From assembly GCA_965287045.1 (NCBI GenBank), contig OZ336871.1, positions 18,476,001 through 18,540,000 on the forward strand: a stretch of DNA of 64,000 nucleotides, in the 5' to 3' direction. A program made the position numbers and the translations under genes. The notes beneath the pieces are model-generated. The model was given only the letters and a program-made list of their open reading frames with translations, was not told the origin of the DNA and made no database searches. This DNA is from Carcharhinus amblyrhynchos (taxonomy: Eukaryota). Of this stretch, positions 53,345 through 64,000 are shown in pieces; positions within the stretch are counted from its first letter, which is position 1; each line of letters begins with the position of its first letter.

Positions 53345-54003
53345 TGGACTTAGCAATCAACTGTGCCTCAGTTGCAATCATCCTTGACTCAGAGCCTAGA
53401 ATCTCATTTGGTTTATTGCCGCTGACCTCACCATCAGCACAAGAGCGATCAACATTCTCCCTGGTGAGCTGGATGGCTCTGTCCTCAAAGAGGATGAGGA
53501 CCTTGAGTTCTAGCATCCCTCTGCCCATTTGGGATCTCTCCATCTTATTGCATGCCAGCTTCTTCTACAAGAAAACAGATGGAGAGCGTGTAAGCAGGAT
53601 GCGTGGCAGGGCGGATGATAAAGGATGCCTGACATGTGTGGATGGTGAGTGGGAGCAGCGAGGTGATGAGGTGTGTGGGAGAATGAGTGAAGGGGGTGGT
53701 GCCCTTTGAGCTGGCAGTGAGTGAGATCCCTGTGGATGTACGAGAAGAGTGACTTGCCCTGGCAGGACGGAGGAGATCATTCATCCTCTTCCTGCACTGG
53801 TTGCAATCACAACTGCTGCCGCCATGCTGGGTTTGTGACCATTGCTGCAAGGTTTTCATCCTGAGCATGGGTAGCATCGATGAGTCTCTCCGGGGAGGCA
53901 TCTGCAGAATTTCTGGGCTGATTTCCTGGTAGTCATCACTTTCCAGCTCACCTGCTGAGTGTGGCTGCTGGACACTGGGGCGGCCTTTAAAACGTGGCGA
54001 CAC
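53345..54003 (-). pseudogene. Harbinger-associated Myb/SANT-like gene relic, two exons
   Basis: SPRF...QCRKRMNDLLRPAR | intron 53757-53565 (GCAAGT...ttcttgtAG) | KKLACNKMERSQMGRG...VL..FEDRA; the first exon is degenerate. Confidence 0.65.
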
Positions 54004-54234
54004 AATGATTGCACTGCTGAGGTGATGGCTGGCAGGTGATCAAAGGCTACATGTGCACTCTCAGTTCATCTGTTTGTTTTGAATAAATTGTGCATTCAGG
54101 TAAGTTTAATCATTTTATTATTTTTATAACATCTAGTCCCACCAGTTGATTTAGTTTTAGATTTGCACTCGCTGTCCCTTCCTGTCCACCTGTTTCTCAT
54201 TCCCTGTAATAATCTTTTTTTCTTTTGCACTATC

Positions 54235-55370
54235 CCTACTCTGTAATGTCCTACACATTTCCAAATGTGACCCACTACTTAGTTGGAAACCCTTACCACT
54301 AGTTACGTGGTTCACAGGAACACTGGTCCCAGCACCGTTCAGGAGTAGGCCATCCCAATGGTACAGATCCTAATTCTCCCAATATTGGTACCAGTGCATC
54401 ATAAACCAGAATCCATTTCTCCCACACCAGCGTTTGAACCACACATTCATCTCCCAAATCTGATTTGGCCGAAGCCAATTTGCACGTGGCTCATGTAATA
54501 ACCCAGAACTGTTGAGGTTCTGCTTCCTGATTTGGTGCTGAGCTCCTCATACTGACTATGCAGAACCTCCTTCTTCGTCCGCCTATGTCAATAGTACCTA
54601 CATGGACCATAACAAATGGGTCTTTCCCCCTTCCACTGCATGTTCCTCTCCAGCCCCGAGCTGATGTCCTGAACCCTGGGACCAGGCAGGCAACACGGCC
54701 ATCTGGATAAGTGTAAATCCTTCTGACTATACAGTCTCCTGCTACCCTTTTATTCTTTGCTGCTCGCCCTGGTTAAATGGCTTCCTGTACCACGGTGCCA
54801 TGGTGAGTCAGCTCATCCGCCCTCCAGCTCGCATTCTCATCCAAACTGAAAAAAACTCAATCCTGTTGGACAATTGCAAGGACTGAAACTCCTACACTCC
54901 TGCTCTCTCAGTGTCCTTGCAGTCAAAGCCTCCTGTCCTTGACTGAATCAGAAGACCCTATCCTAAGGAGTGTTAACAACTCTTGGAATAAAGTATCCAG
55001 ATAACCTAATGCACACTCCTAAGATGTGTAGGTTAGGTTGGTTGGCCATGCAAAATTGCTTCTTTGTGTCCTGGGATATGTAGATTAGAGGGATTAGTGG
55101 GGTAAAATGTGTGGGGTTGTGGAGATAGGGCTGGGGGTAGGATAGTTGTGGGTGTAGACTCAATGGGCTGAATGGTCCTCTTCTGCACTGTCAGGTTTCT
55201 ATAACATTCCCCCTCCCTGATATGCCGCAGTTCTGCAGCCCGGCATCCAGCTCAGTAACTCGGAGTTCCTGCAGCCGCAACACTTGCTGTAGATGTGTTT
55301 GCCATGTATCCAGATGCTCCCACATCCTGCAATTGCAGCACATAACCTGCCCTGCAATCTCTGATAAGTG
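54235..55370 (-). mobile_element. CR1 ORF1 (SGNH/esterase-like) relic with a V-SINE tail at ~55010-55202
   Basis: CLPGPRVQDISSGLERN....DP.VMVHVGTIDIG; a similar relic flanks the Penelope at ~30850-30918 and 31860-32400. Confidence 0.65.
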
Positions 55371-56949
55371 TTAATTAACTAATAATTGCCAATTAGATAT
55401 AGGCACTGCCTGTAAACTTTACAATGCTGATAAAACGATACAATACTCACAATACTGATAAAACGTACAGTTTCTAATAATAGCAGTTGCTTTTTCACCC
55501 ACTCCTCCTGCTGTGCCAACGTGGAAATCTGACTCCCTCATTGTAGCAACTTTCCACTACACCATTGTGAACAATTTCATGCAACGTCATTGAATATCTA
55601 CTGCTTCTTGCCCTCCTTCTCTCCTTTCCTGCCACTCTAAACCAACCAAAATACTTATTTTCCCTTGCTCCAAAACAAATAAAGAGTTATAACTAATCCA
55701 CTAACATGTTTGCAATTCCCCTTTGCTGACTGATCATATTTAGTTTGAGTTTTCTTGCAGAAAGTACTTGCCTGATGTGCAATGAGGCCCAGAGGGGTCA
55801 AAGGCCATTAATCCAAAAATCAGAAAGACTGCTTCTGCTTCATGTGCTCAGCGCAAGAGCAGACGGCTGAATCAGTCACAGGGCAGCGATGCGATATTGG
55901 ATTCTTCACACAAACTTACCAATCACACACTGATGAGGAGTAACAAATACTTGAAGTAATTTTGCGATTGAAGTCCCACCATATTATGTACAAGTGAAGA
56001 GAGATTGCAGAAATCAGAGGGATTTGGGTGCTTTGTAACGTGATTCATGGTAAGTTAATATAAGGTTCAACAAATGATTAGGCAGGCAAATGGAACATTA
56101 TTGTTTATTGCAAAGAGAATGGAATAAAAGCAGGGCTATTTTGCTACAGTTGTACAGGACACCGCTGAGGCCACATCTGGAGTACCATGTACCATTTTTG
56201 TCTCAGTTAAGAAAGGATATAAATGTATTATAAACAGTTTGGAGAACTGCAGTAAGGTAGCAAGGTGGCACAGTAGTGCTGCTGTCTCACAGTGCCAGGG
56301 ACCCAGGTTCAATTCCAGCCTCAGGTGACTGTCTGTGTAGAGTTTGCACATTCTCCCCACATCTGCAACGGTTTCCTCTGGGCGCTCTGGTTTCCTCCCA
56401 CAATCCAAAGATGTGAGTGTTAGGCTGATTGATCATGCTAAATTGAGCCTGAGTGGCAGGGGGATTAGCAGGGTAAATGTGTGGGGTTACGTAGATAGGG
56501 TGGGATTGATGTTGGTGCAGATTCAATGGGCCGAATGGTCTCCTTCTACGCTGTAGGGACTCTATGATTCACTCGACTGATACCTGGGGTGGAGGTGGGG
56601 CCCTTATCTTATGAGGAAGGGCTGGATAGGTTAGGCCTCTATCCATTGGTATTTAAGAGATGAGTCTATTGAAACACAAATCCTGCGGGATTTGAAAGGG
56701 TGGTTACTGAAAGGATGTTTCCCAACCTGGGATAGGCTAGTACAAAGGGACACAAAGAATCTCCTTAAGGGGGAGCATAATAATTCTGTGTGCTCATTTG
56801 GCATGCCCCATACTTCCTCATGGCTCTCTCGATATGGATGTCAATCCAAGGACAGTGTACAGTTTCTTTTGCCATGCATCTTGCTTGTTCAGAGTCCATG
56901 TGGCCCTGTTGCAATTGCAGTAATATTTTGTTAAGTGCACGGTAAATGT

Positions 56950-57771
56950 TTGTTTATTCCAAATCCCAGGATGGAATGTTGAAACAACCGCCCTCAGCTG
57001 TAATTTTACAATTGTATATAATGTGAGGAAAGATTTGAAAACCAAAGAATTATGTCCCAGATGTATTGTGATTATTTTAATTAAACAATAAAATAAACAA
57101 CAAGTCAACTGAAAGTACACTTAACTTAATGGCTATACACAATATCCCTAACTTTACCCAGTTTCAAACACCTTTGTTTCAGAGCTAATTCTCCCCAAAC
57201 TTCCACAACATCTTATAGCTCTTTACAAACTATAAAACAAAATCTGGTAACAGTAACCACACTGGGCGGTTATATATTTTTGTGATTGCTTCTCAAGTGA
57301 GGCAAAGCAACTGGTTGTTCAAGATAGGCTTTCTTCACAGACACAGTTTATTGGGAGTTAATCCTCGCATAGTTTGATGTACAGTTTTTTTCATTCTTTT
57401 GATCTTCCCATATCCGCACTAACATCTTTAGAAGTTAAACTTAATTACCTTCATTTCATGTGTCTACCTTGTAAAATTTAAAGTAAAACTCACACCTGAC
57501 CTGCTCCTTTGAACCTCTGCCACCTTATCCAAACCCTTTTCTGTCCCAATCTTCATCGTTACCTACTTGCCTTAGGTAAATACCTGCATGCAGTGTTGTT
57601 AGGCTCATCAACATATCAAAAGCACTAGCTCCATTTCTCTAACCAAGCTGTTCCTGCCTTTAAACAGTTTCTATTTTAAATAGGTTTTTAAATAAATACA
57701 TAACCAGCAGAAAACACTACAATTAATTAGATTCCCCTGATATTTTCATATCATCATGATATTTCTTGACA
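56950..57771 (-). mobile_element. Probable LTR of the adjacent Gypsy relic
   Basis: AT-rich TG...CA-bounded block (ends ttcttgaca) lying 3' of the minus-strand gag/protease relic. Confidence 0.35.
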
Positions 57772-58559
57772 ATATCCTGATGAAGGTATTCCAGAATCAA
57801 CACCTCTCTTTTAAATCTTAATCTTTTTGGGATACCAAATTCATCCCTATATGGCCAAAAGGACCTTTTTTTTAATTTATTCATGGACATTCCTGGCTGG
57901 CCAGCATTTATTGCCCATCCCTAGTTGCTCTTGAGAAGGCAGTAGAGAGCTGCCTTTTTGAATCGCTGCAGTCCTTATCCTGTGGGATGACCCCCCAATG
58001 CCACTAGGGACGGAATTCCAGAATTATGAGTCAGTGACTGTGAAGGAGTGGCGATATCTGTCCAAGTCAGTTTGGTGATTGACTTGGAGGAGAACATGTA
58101 GGTGATAGTGCTCCCCTATATCTGCTGCCCTTGTCCTTTGAGATGGAAGTGATCATGGCTTTGGAAGGTGCTGTCTAAGGATCTTTGGTGAATTGTTGCA
58201 GTGCACCTTGTAGATGGTACTCACTGCCATTACTGAGGGTCGGTGTTGGGGAGGGAGTGGATGTGGTGCCATTCAAGCAGTGCAGCTTTGTCTTGGATGG
58301 TGTAAGCTTCTTGAGTGTTGTTGAAGCTGCACCCTCCAGGCAAGGAGGAGTGTTCCATCACATTCCTGGCTTGTGCTTTGATAGGCTTTGAGGATTCAGG
58401 CGGTGAGTTACTCGTCGCAGTATTCCCAGCCTCTGACCTGCTCTTGTAGCCACTGTGTTTATGTGATGAGTCCAGTTGAGTTTCTGGTCAATGGTAACCC
58501 CAATGATGTTGACAGTGGGGGAATTCAGTGATGGCAATACCGCTAAATGTCAAGGTGCT

Positions 58560-59547
58560 GTCAAGAAACATCTTCTGATTTGTATCTGGCCAACTAATAA
58601 CACACCATTATGGCTTCAGCGGCATAGCTTTTGGTATCCCTTCTCTAAGCTGCAAGGTATGTACTCAATATGGTCATTTTAACATTTTCTTCCACCAAAG
58701 GTACATTGTTAATTTCTAGTATGATCACAACTTTGAGCCCCCAGTAATCCAGTTACCAAATAGAAAACTTGCGATGACCATGCAAACTTACTGCATTTTA
58801 ATGAACCACTCTGACCCCTTGTAAGCAGAGAACCTGGTTGTTATCAGCTGTACCATTTACTCCCATGGGTCATTATTTTAATATTCTTAATGGCAGAATG
58901 TTGGCACTAGCTTTGATGACCATCTCGAGTTTGAGCATGTTTTTGCCATTCCTGTTCGGATATATGTTGATTGTACAGAAGCCTCCAGCTTTGTGATTGC
59001 ACACACACATTGTGTCATACTTACACTGTTGAAAGCCTAATAATATTCAGGTCTACCTGGTCTGTCCCCTTACTAACCTCATGCGTATGGACTTGCTGTA
59101 ACTTCTGTCACACTCTGTTGATGCTACCAGTACAACGCTAGCACCTTTAGTTTGACTTAGTTTATTGTAGTCTCTGACCTTAATGCCATAGCTAGATCTT
59201 CTGCACATGCCCAAAGCCCTTTCAAGATATACCCCTTGCTGTGGTCTTGAAACACCAGACAATTCACAACTGGTGCAGCAGACAATGGCACCCATAGTAG
59301 TTAGACTGTCTTGGCACATTGGCCAATGGTTGTAGCCACACCCAACATGAGTTGCTTTCCTGTCACAGTGGTTTTATACTTCCTAAGGATTTGAACAAGG
59401 TGTCAATATCACACCCTATTTTTTCTAATAGGGTCCCTCTAGAAGGTTGCAATTGGCATTGAAACAATCACAAGTTCCACGATTCTCTCCAATAACCCAG
59501 CTTCAGAGAAATCAGACACTGCCCTCATCAGGACTTTCACTTTCAAT
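58560..59547 (-). pseudogene. Ty3/Gypsy gag-protease relic, internally deleted
   Basis: SDFSEAGLLERIVELVIVSMPI.TF (gag-like) and KNMLKLEMVIKASANILPLRILK / TTRFSAYKGS (decayed DTGASANILP aspartic protease). Confidence 0.6.
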
Positions 59548-61167
59548 CAGATCATAGAATCCCTACAGTGCAGGAGGCCATTCAGCCCATTGGGACTGCA
59601 CCGACTTTCATAGAATAAAATTTCTACAGTGCAGAGCAGCCATTCAGCCCATCGAGTCTGCACTGACTCTCTAACAGAGCATCTTACCCAGGCCATATCC
59701 CCATAATCCCATGTATTTAACCCCCACTAATTCCTTATTATTCCCCCCAAAACTTGAATATTTTAAATTCTTTATCTTCTTGAACTAACTGGTGATGCAA
59801 TAGTTTGCTTTTTTTTTGCTGCACTCCTGAGAAACCATGATGCCAGTGACACTGCCTCCCACCAACTCAACCCAGAACCCCACTTCCACCTCCCCCCTCT
59901 CACTTTCCTGATCACTTGCTCCCAACTAGATGGAATAATGAAAATCTTTTGAATGAAAATGAAATCTTTTCCTATTACAATCAAAACACGTCAAGGTTTT
60001 ATAAAAAGAACCTCCTCCCAACGTCAAGTATATTGTGCCATATTCATAAACTAGAATTCTTTAATTGCATTTTTTAATTTGAGCTTGATTCCCTGCAGAG
60101 CTTGCTTCCTATAAATCAGGTTGGCTTCTGGGTTTTCCCCACCCCTGGTTCACTCACACAGAGATAACACGACAGGAGAGGGACGGTTGGATTCCCTTCT
60201 CTCAACAATCAAAAGTTGGACATTCCACAGCCGGCACAGTGGTTAGCACTGCTGCCTCACAACACCAGGGACCTGGGTTTGATTCCTGGCTTGGATCACT
60301 GACTGTGTGGAGTTTGCACATTCTCCCCATGTCTGCGCGGGTTTGCTCCAGTTGACTCCTGCAGTCTGAAAGATGTGCTGGTTAGGTGTATTGACCCGAA
60401 CAGGCACCGGAGTGTGACGACTAGGGAAATTTCACAGTAACTTCATTGCAGTGTTAATGTAAGACTTACTTGTTGCTAATAAATAAATAAACTTTTACTT
60501 TATTCAGTTTCTGCAGTTCGTTATAATAGTCATACCACTGTAAAACTGATGAAATAAAAACTCGGAAACAATCTGACCAAAAATATATTAGCAAGGCCAA
60601 TGCACAACACACTCATTTCTTACTTTGCTTCTTTTTTTAAGAAAAGCAGACAGAAATTATATTTCAATATAGTTGGATTGCAGAATCTCAGAGGTGGTAA
60701 CAGCCATCATTACTCCTATACTAGTATTTTGGAGTTGACCATATATTTTATTTTCATAAGGCAATTAAACTAATCGTGAAGGATGACAGAAAAAATATAA
60801 ATACTCCTGTTAGTAGATTTGAGAGTCCTTTCATGTTTTTGGCATATTGATTATGTAAACTAATGTCCCCCAAAAAAATTATCTGACACATTAATTGTAA
60901 ACTGGACAATCAATGCCGGTATATAAGGACTTGACAGAACTCCAGCCAGAACCTCTATTAGGATACACAATGATTACCAGTCGCCGAACAGAGGGAAAGA
61001 GGGGAAGTCGACATCTTTGAGAGAATTTGGAAACATATTCCTTGTATGGTGATTAAAAACAGAAAGTTCTGGAAATACCCAGCAGTATCGCGGGAGAAAG
61101 AAATGGGGTTAATGTTCAGTTAACAGAGTTTAAGGTTGAAAATACTTTGCACATTGACCTGAAACAC

Positions 61168-61745
61168 AAGTTCATAAGATATAGGAGCAGAATTAGGCCA
61201 TTCGGCCCATTGAGTCTGCTCCATCATTCGATCATGGCTGATATACTCCTCTTCATCCCCATTTTCCTGCCTTCTCCCCATAACCCTTCAACCAATTAAA
61301 AATCTGTCTAACTCCTCCTTAAATTTACTCACTGTCCCAGCATCCACTGCACTTCAGGATAGCAAATGCCATAGATTCACAATCCTTTGTGAGAAGTAGT
61401 TTCTCCTCAACTCTGTTTTAAATTTGCTACCCTTTATCCTAAGATTATGACCCCTTGAGCTAGAAATGTCCCACAAGAGGAACCATCTGCTCCACGTCTA
61501 CTTTATCCATACCTTTCATCCTCTTGTATACCTCAATCTGATCTCCCCTCATTCTTCTAAATTCCAGAGAACGTAGGCCTAAACTGTTCAATTTCTCTTC
61601 ATACGACAAACCCTCATCCCTGGAATCAATCTAGTGAACCTCCTCTGAACTGCCTCCAATGCCACTACATCTTTCCTCAAATAAAGGGACCAAAACTGTG
61701 TATAATATTCCAGGTGCGGCCTCACCAATGCCTTGTACAGATGCA
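61168..61745 (-). mobile_element. CR1 LINE 3' fragment
   Basis: Tail cataagatataggagcagaattaggccattcggccc and ORF2 end. Confidence 0.85.
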
Positions 61746-63021
61746 GTAGTCATAATTTCCAAGCTCCCAGATGAAAGATGTACTAGGGAATCCCTCTCGG
61801 AACTTCCCAGATAAGTATTCACATTCCCCTAAGGGCAATTGCCCTGCGCTGTGAATCAGCCAGAAAACTTTGATGGTTTTGACAGGATTACACTAACAGT
61901 TATTCGGAAAATATTAGAAGTTTTAAAACCTCTTTGAACTTCTGGGTAACCATTGCTAAGACCCAGGCCCAGCCATCCCACATGACCCACCCCCCCAAAA
62001 AAACCCCGTCCCCTCATCCCCAAAGTCCAAGGCCCCCAAGCCCTCTCCAAACCATCTCAGACCTCCAACATCTCCCACTGACCACCCCCCCCACCCCCCG
62101 AAATCCTCTCCACTTACCTTAGACGCTTACTTTCTCCCTAGCCTGTCAAATTCAATGAGAACCTTAAAATAAAAAAGGAGGCATGTCAATCTCACAGAGC
62201 TGGACTTCAAAGATTGGCCTCCAGGACCGTCCAGATCTCGCCCGGCCCGTGTCAGGAGGTTGTGTGAGCCAGGCATGCAAGGAAGAATTTTATCCCAAGG
62301 AAAGGTTCTTGCGTCAGTAATCCAATGCTGACTGCCACTCTGAGGAAGTTACGGTCCATTAATTAACTCTGTGGGTGGGATTTTCCAATCCTCCCCACTC
62401 CGGGAAAGCAAGTTCCAAACTGAGATCAATGGACCTTTCGCTTGTCTGTCAAATTCTCCATCTCACAGTAGCTGGGCCGGATGACATTGGCTTATTTCTT
62501 TCAGGTCAGGTGCTTGACTTGCTGAATGTTTCCAGAATTTTCTGTTTTTACTTCAGATTTCCAATATCTGCCATATTTTTAAGCGCAATTGGCTGAAGCT
62601 AGAAGGTTTAACCTTCTCAACAGAACTGGTATACAAAATCTTGGTTTAGTGCAATATTGAAGGAGTGCAGCAATATCAAAAATGCAAAGGAGATGCTGGT
62701 CTACATTATAAAGTGACAAGATTTCTAAAGTAGGTTATTGGCTGTAAAGCCCTTTGCCATATCCGGAGGTCATTAGAGATGTTATATAAATGCAGGTTCC
62801 TTCTCAACTCGTGTATTAAGAGCTATTTGAAGCACATCACAGTGGGTAAGTTTGACAATAAAGGAGCACTTCTCATTCTACGCCTAAATGTTTCTCAGAT
62901 GATTCCAGTGTTTTATTTTTAAACCTCTGCTAGATGTGGAAAACCACCTGCTAATATTAGGTTCAAAGTTACCCTCGCTGATTTGAGCCCATGGCCTCGA
63001 TTCCATTCCCAATTTTTAGGT

Positions 63022-63281
63022 AAAAAATAAAAGCAAATTACAGCGGATGCTGGAATCCAAAACAAAAACAGAAAGTGCTGGAAAATCTCAGCAGGTCTGA
63101 CAGTATCTGCGGGCAGAGAATAGAGCCAATGTTTCGAGTCTAGATGACCTTACATCAGAGATAGTCTGGCTGATTCCTTGTCAGCGCTGATAAAGGGTCT
63201 TCTAGACTCAAAACTTTGGCTCTATTCTCTCCCCACAGACGCTGTCAGACTTGCTGTGATTTTCCAGCATTTTCCAATTTT
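63022..63281. repeat. Inverted pair of Penelope-type terminal repeats
   Basis: 63071-63160 is the reverse complement of ~63185-63273 with scattered mismatches; ~24-nt spacer; each arm has a decayed CTGAnnn...GAAAC core. Confidence 0.8.
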
Positions 63282-64000
63282 GAAGTATTGGCCCAGATCT
63301 TCCAGCCTCCGGATTATCAGAAACTGGGTGCACTATCCAAGATGTGTGTCGGAATCTCACAGAAATCCAAACACATTGATGTCTACTGGGAAATGCCAGG
63401 AACCTTAAGTTTAAAAGGGCAACTCCCCTCCAGGAGCTCAGATTCTGAGTTAGAGACAGAAAGTTCAGACAGTTCTGACATATTAGCTGCATCGTTACTG
63501 AGGAAATGTTTAGACAGAGACATCCTAGTAAAACTCCTGGAAATCTGTACAACTAAGCCCCATGCTCCCATCCCCACTCATTTCTCACACTGCACCCCCA
63601 ATTCGTCCCATCCCCTCTCGCCAAAATCTTGCTGCTGTTCACGCCAGCGGGATCTTATGATGCAGCCCTGTCACCAGATTCCCAGAGGTGAGGGATGGAT
63701 TCAACGGAAAATTCCATTGACAATGCAGGTTACCGATAGCGAGTGGCATGCCGCCTCCTGCCACTCCCAAACACACCACTGAGTGGAGAAATAGCATGTC
63801 CTCTGAATACCCCAACTACTTGCCTGACCCCCCTTAACTACCTCCCCAGACCCACCTTGACTCCCCATCCCCCTCACACCCAGCCTGGCAAACTCTCTCA
63901 ACAAGACAAACCCCTCCCAACTCTCCCATTTACCACCTACCAGCCTCACCCACCTGCCAATCTATCACCAATTTGTCATCACCCAACCACATGTCACCTA

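Noticed and set aside
55911-55982. Possible NHE3 first exon: ATG...YLLLLISV then strong GTAAGT on the minus strand
   Set aside because: In-frame TGA before the donor, phase 0 instead of the required phase 1, and no TM1 homology. A non-coding exon cannot be excluded.
63216-63782. 188-aa ORF
   Set aside because: Spans a Penelope end and a MITE with no recognisable domain; likely chance.
1-64000. CRISPR array, prokaryotic operon or intact endogenous virus
   Set aside because: No regularly spaced repeat-spacer array, no dense coding region and no long viral ORF; all long ORFs are retroelement fragments.

Overview
Repeat-rich vertebrate intronic DNA, almost certainly from a shark; this is inferred from the V-SINE/HE1-type, DeuSINE-type, CR1, Rex1 and Penelope repeat repertoire. 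The only host-gene sequence I can support is two minus-strand coding exons of a Na+/H+ exchanger 3 (SLC9A3/NHE3)-like gene. Exon 2 is 11280-11582 (303 bp) and exon 3 is 9642-9802 (161 bp, missing from the ORF track); both have canonical splice sites and an open joined frame. Exon 3 encodes ESLLNNG instead of ESLLND, so the ion-binding Asp is Asn, and AVDTVAV instead of AVDPVAV. I did not find exon 1 in the ~52 kb upstream or exon 4 in the ~9.6 kb downstream. The rest is layered transposon debris: >20 V-SINEs with two alternative tails, other SINEs, CR1/Rex1/RTE/Tx1 LINE fragments, Penelope-like elements with decayed hammerhead cores, Harbinger relics and MITEs, Gypsy relics and solo LTRs. A few unique stretches remain, one with a perfect RFX X-box plus a MEF2 site. 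Repeat coordinates are approximate and family names come from motif recognition, not database searches.
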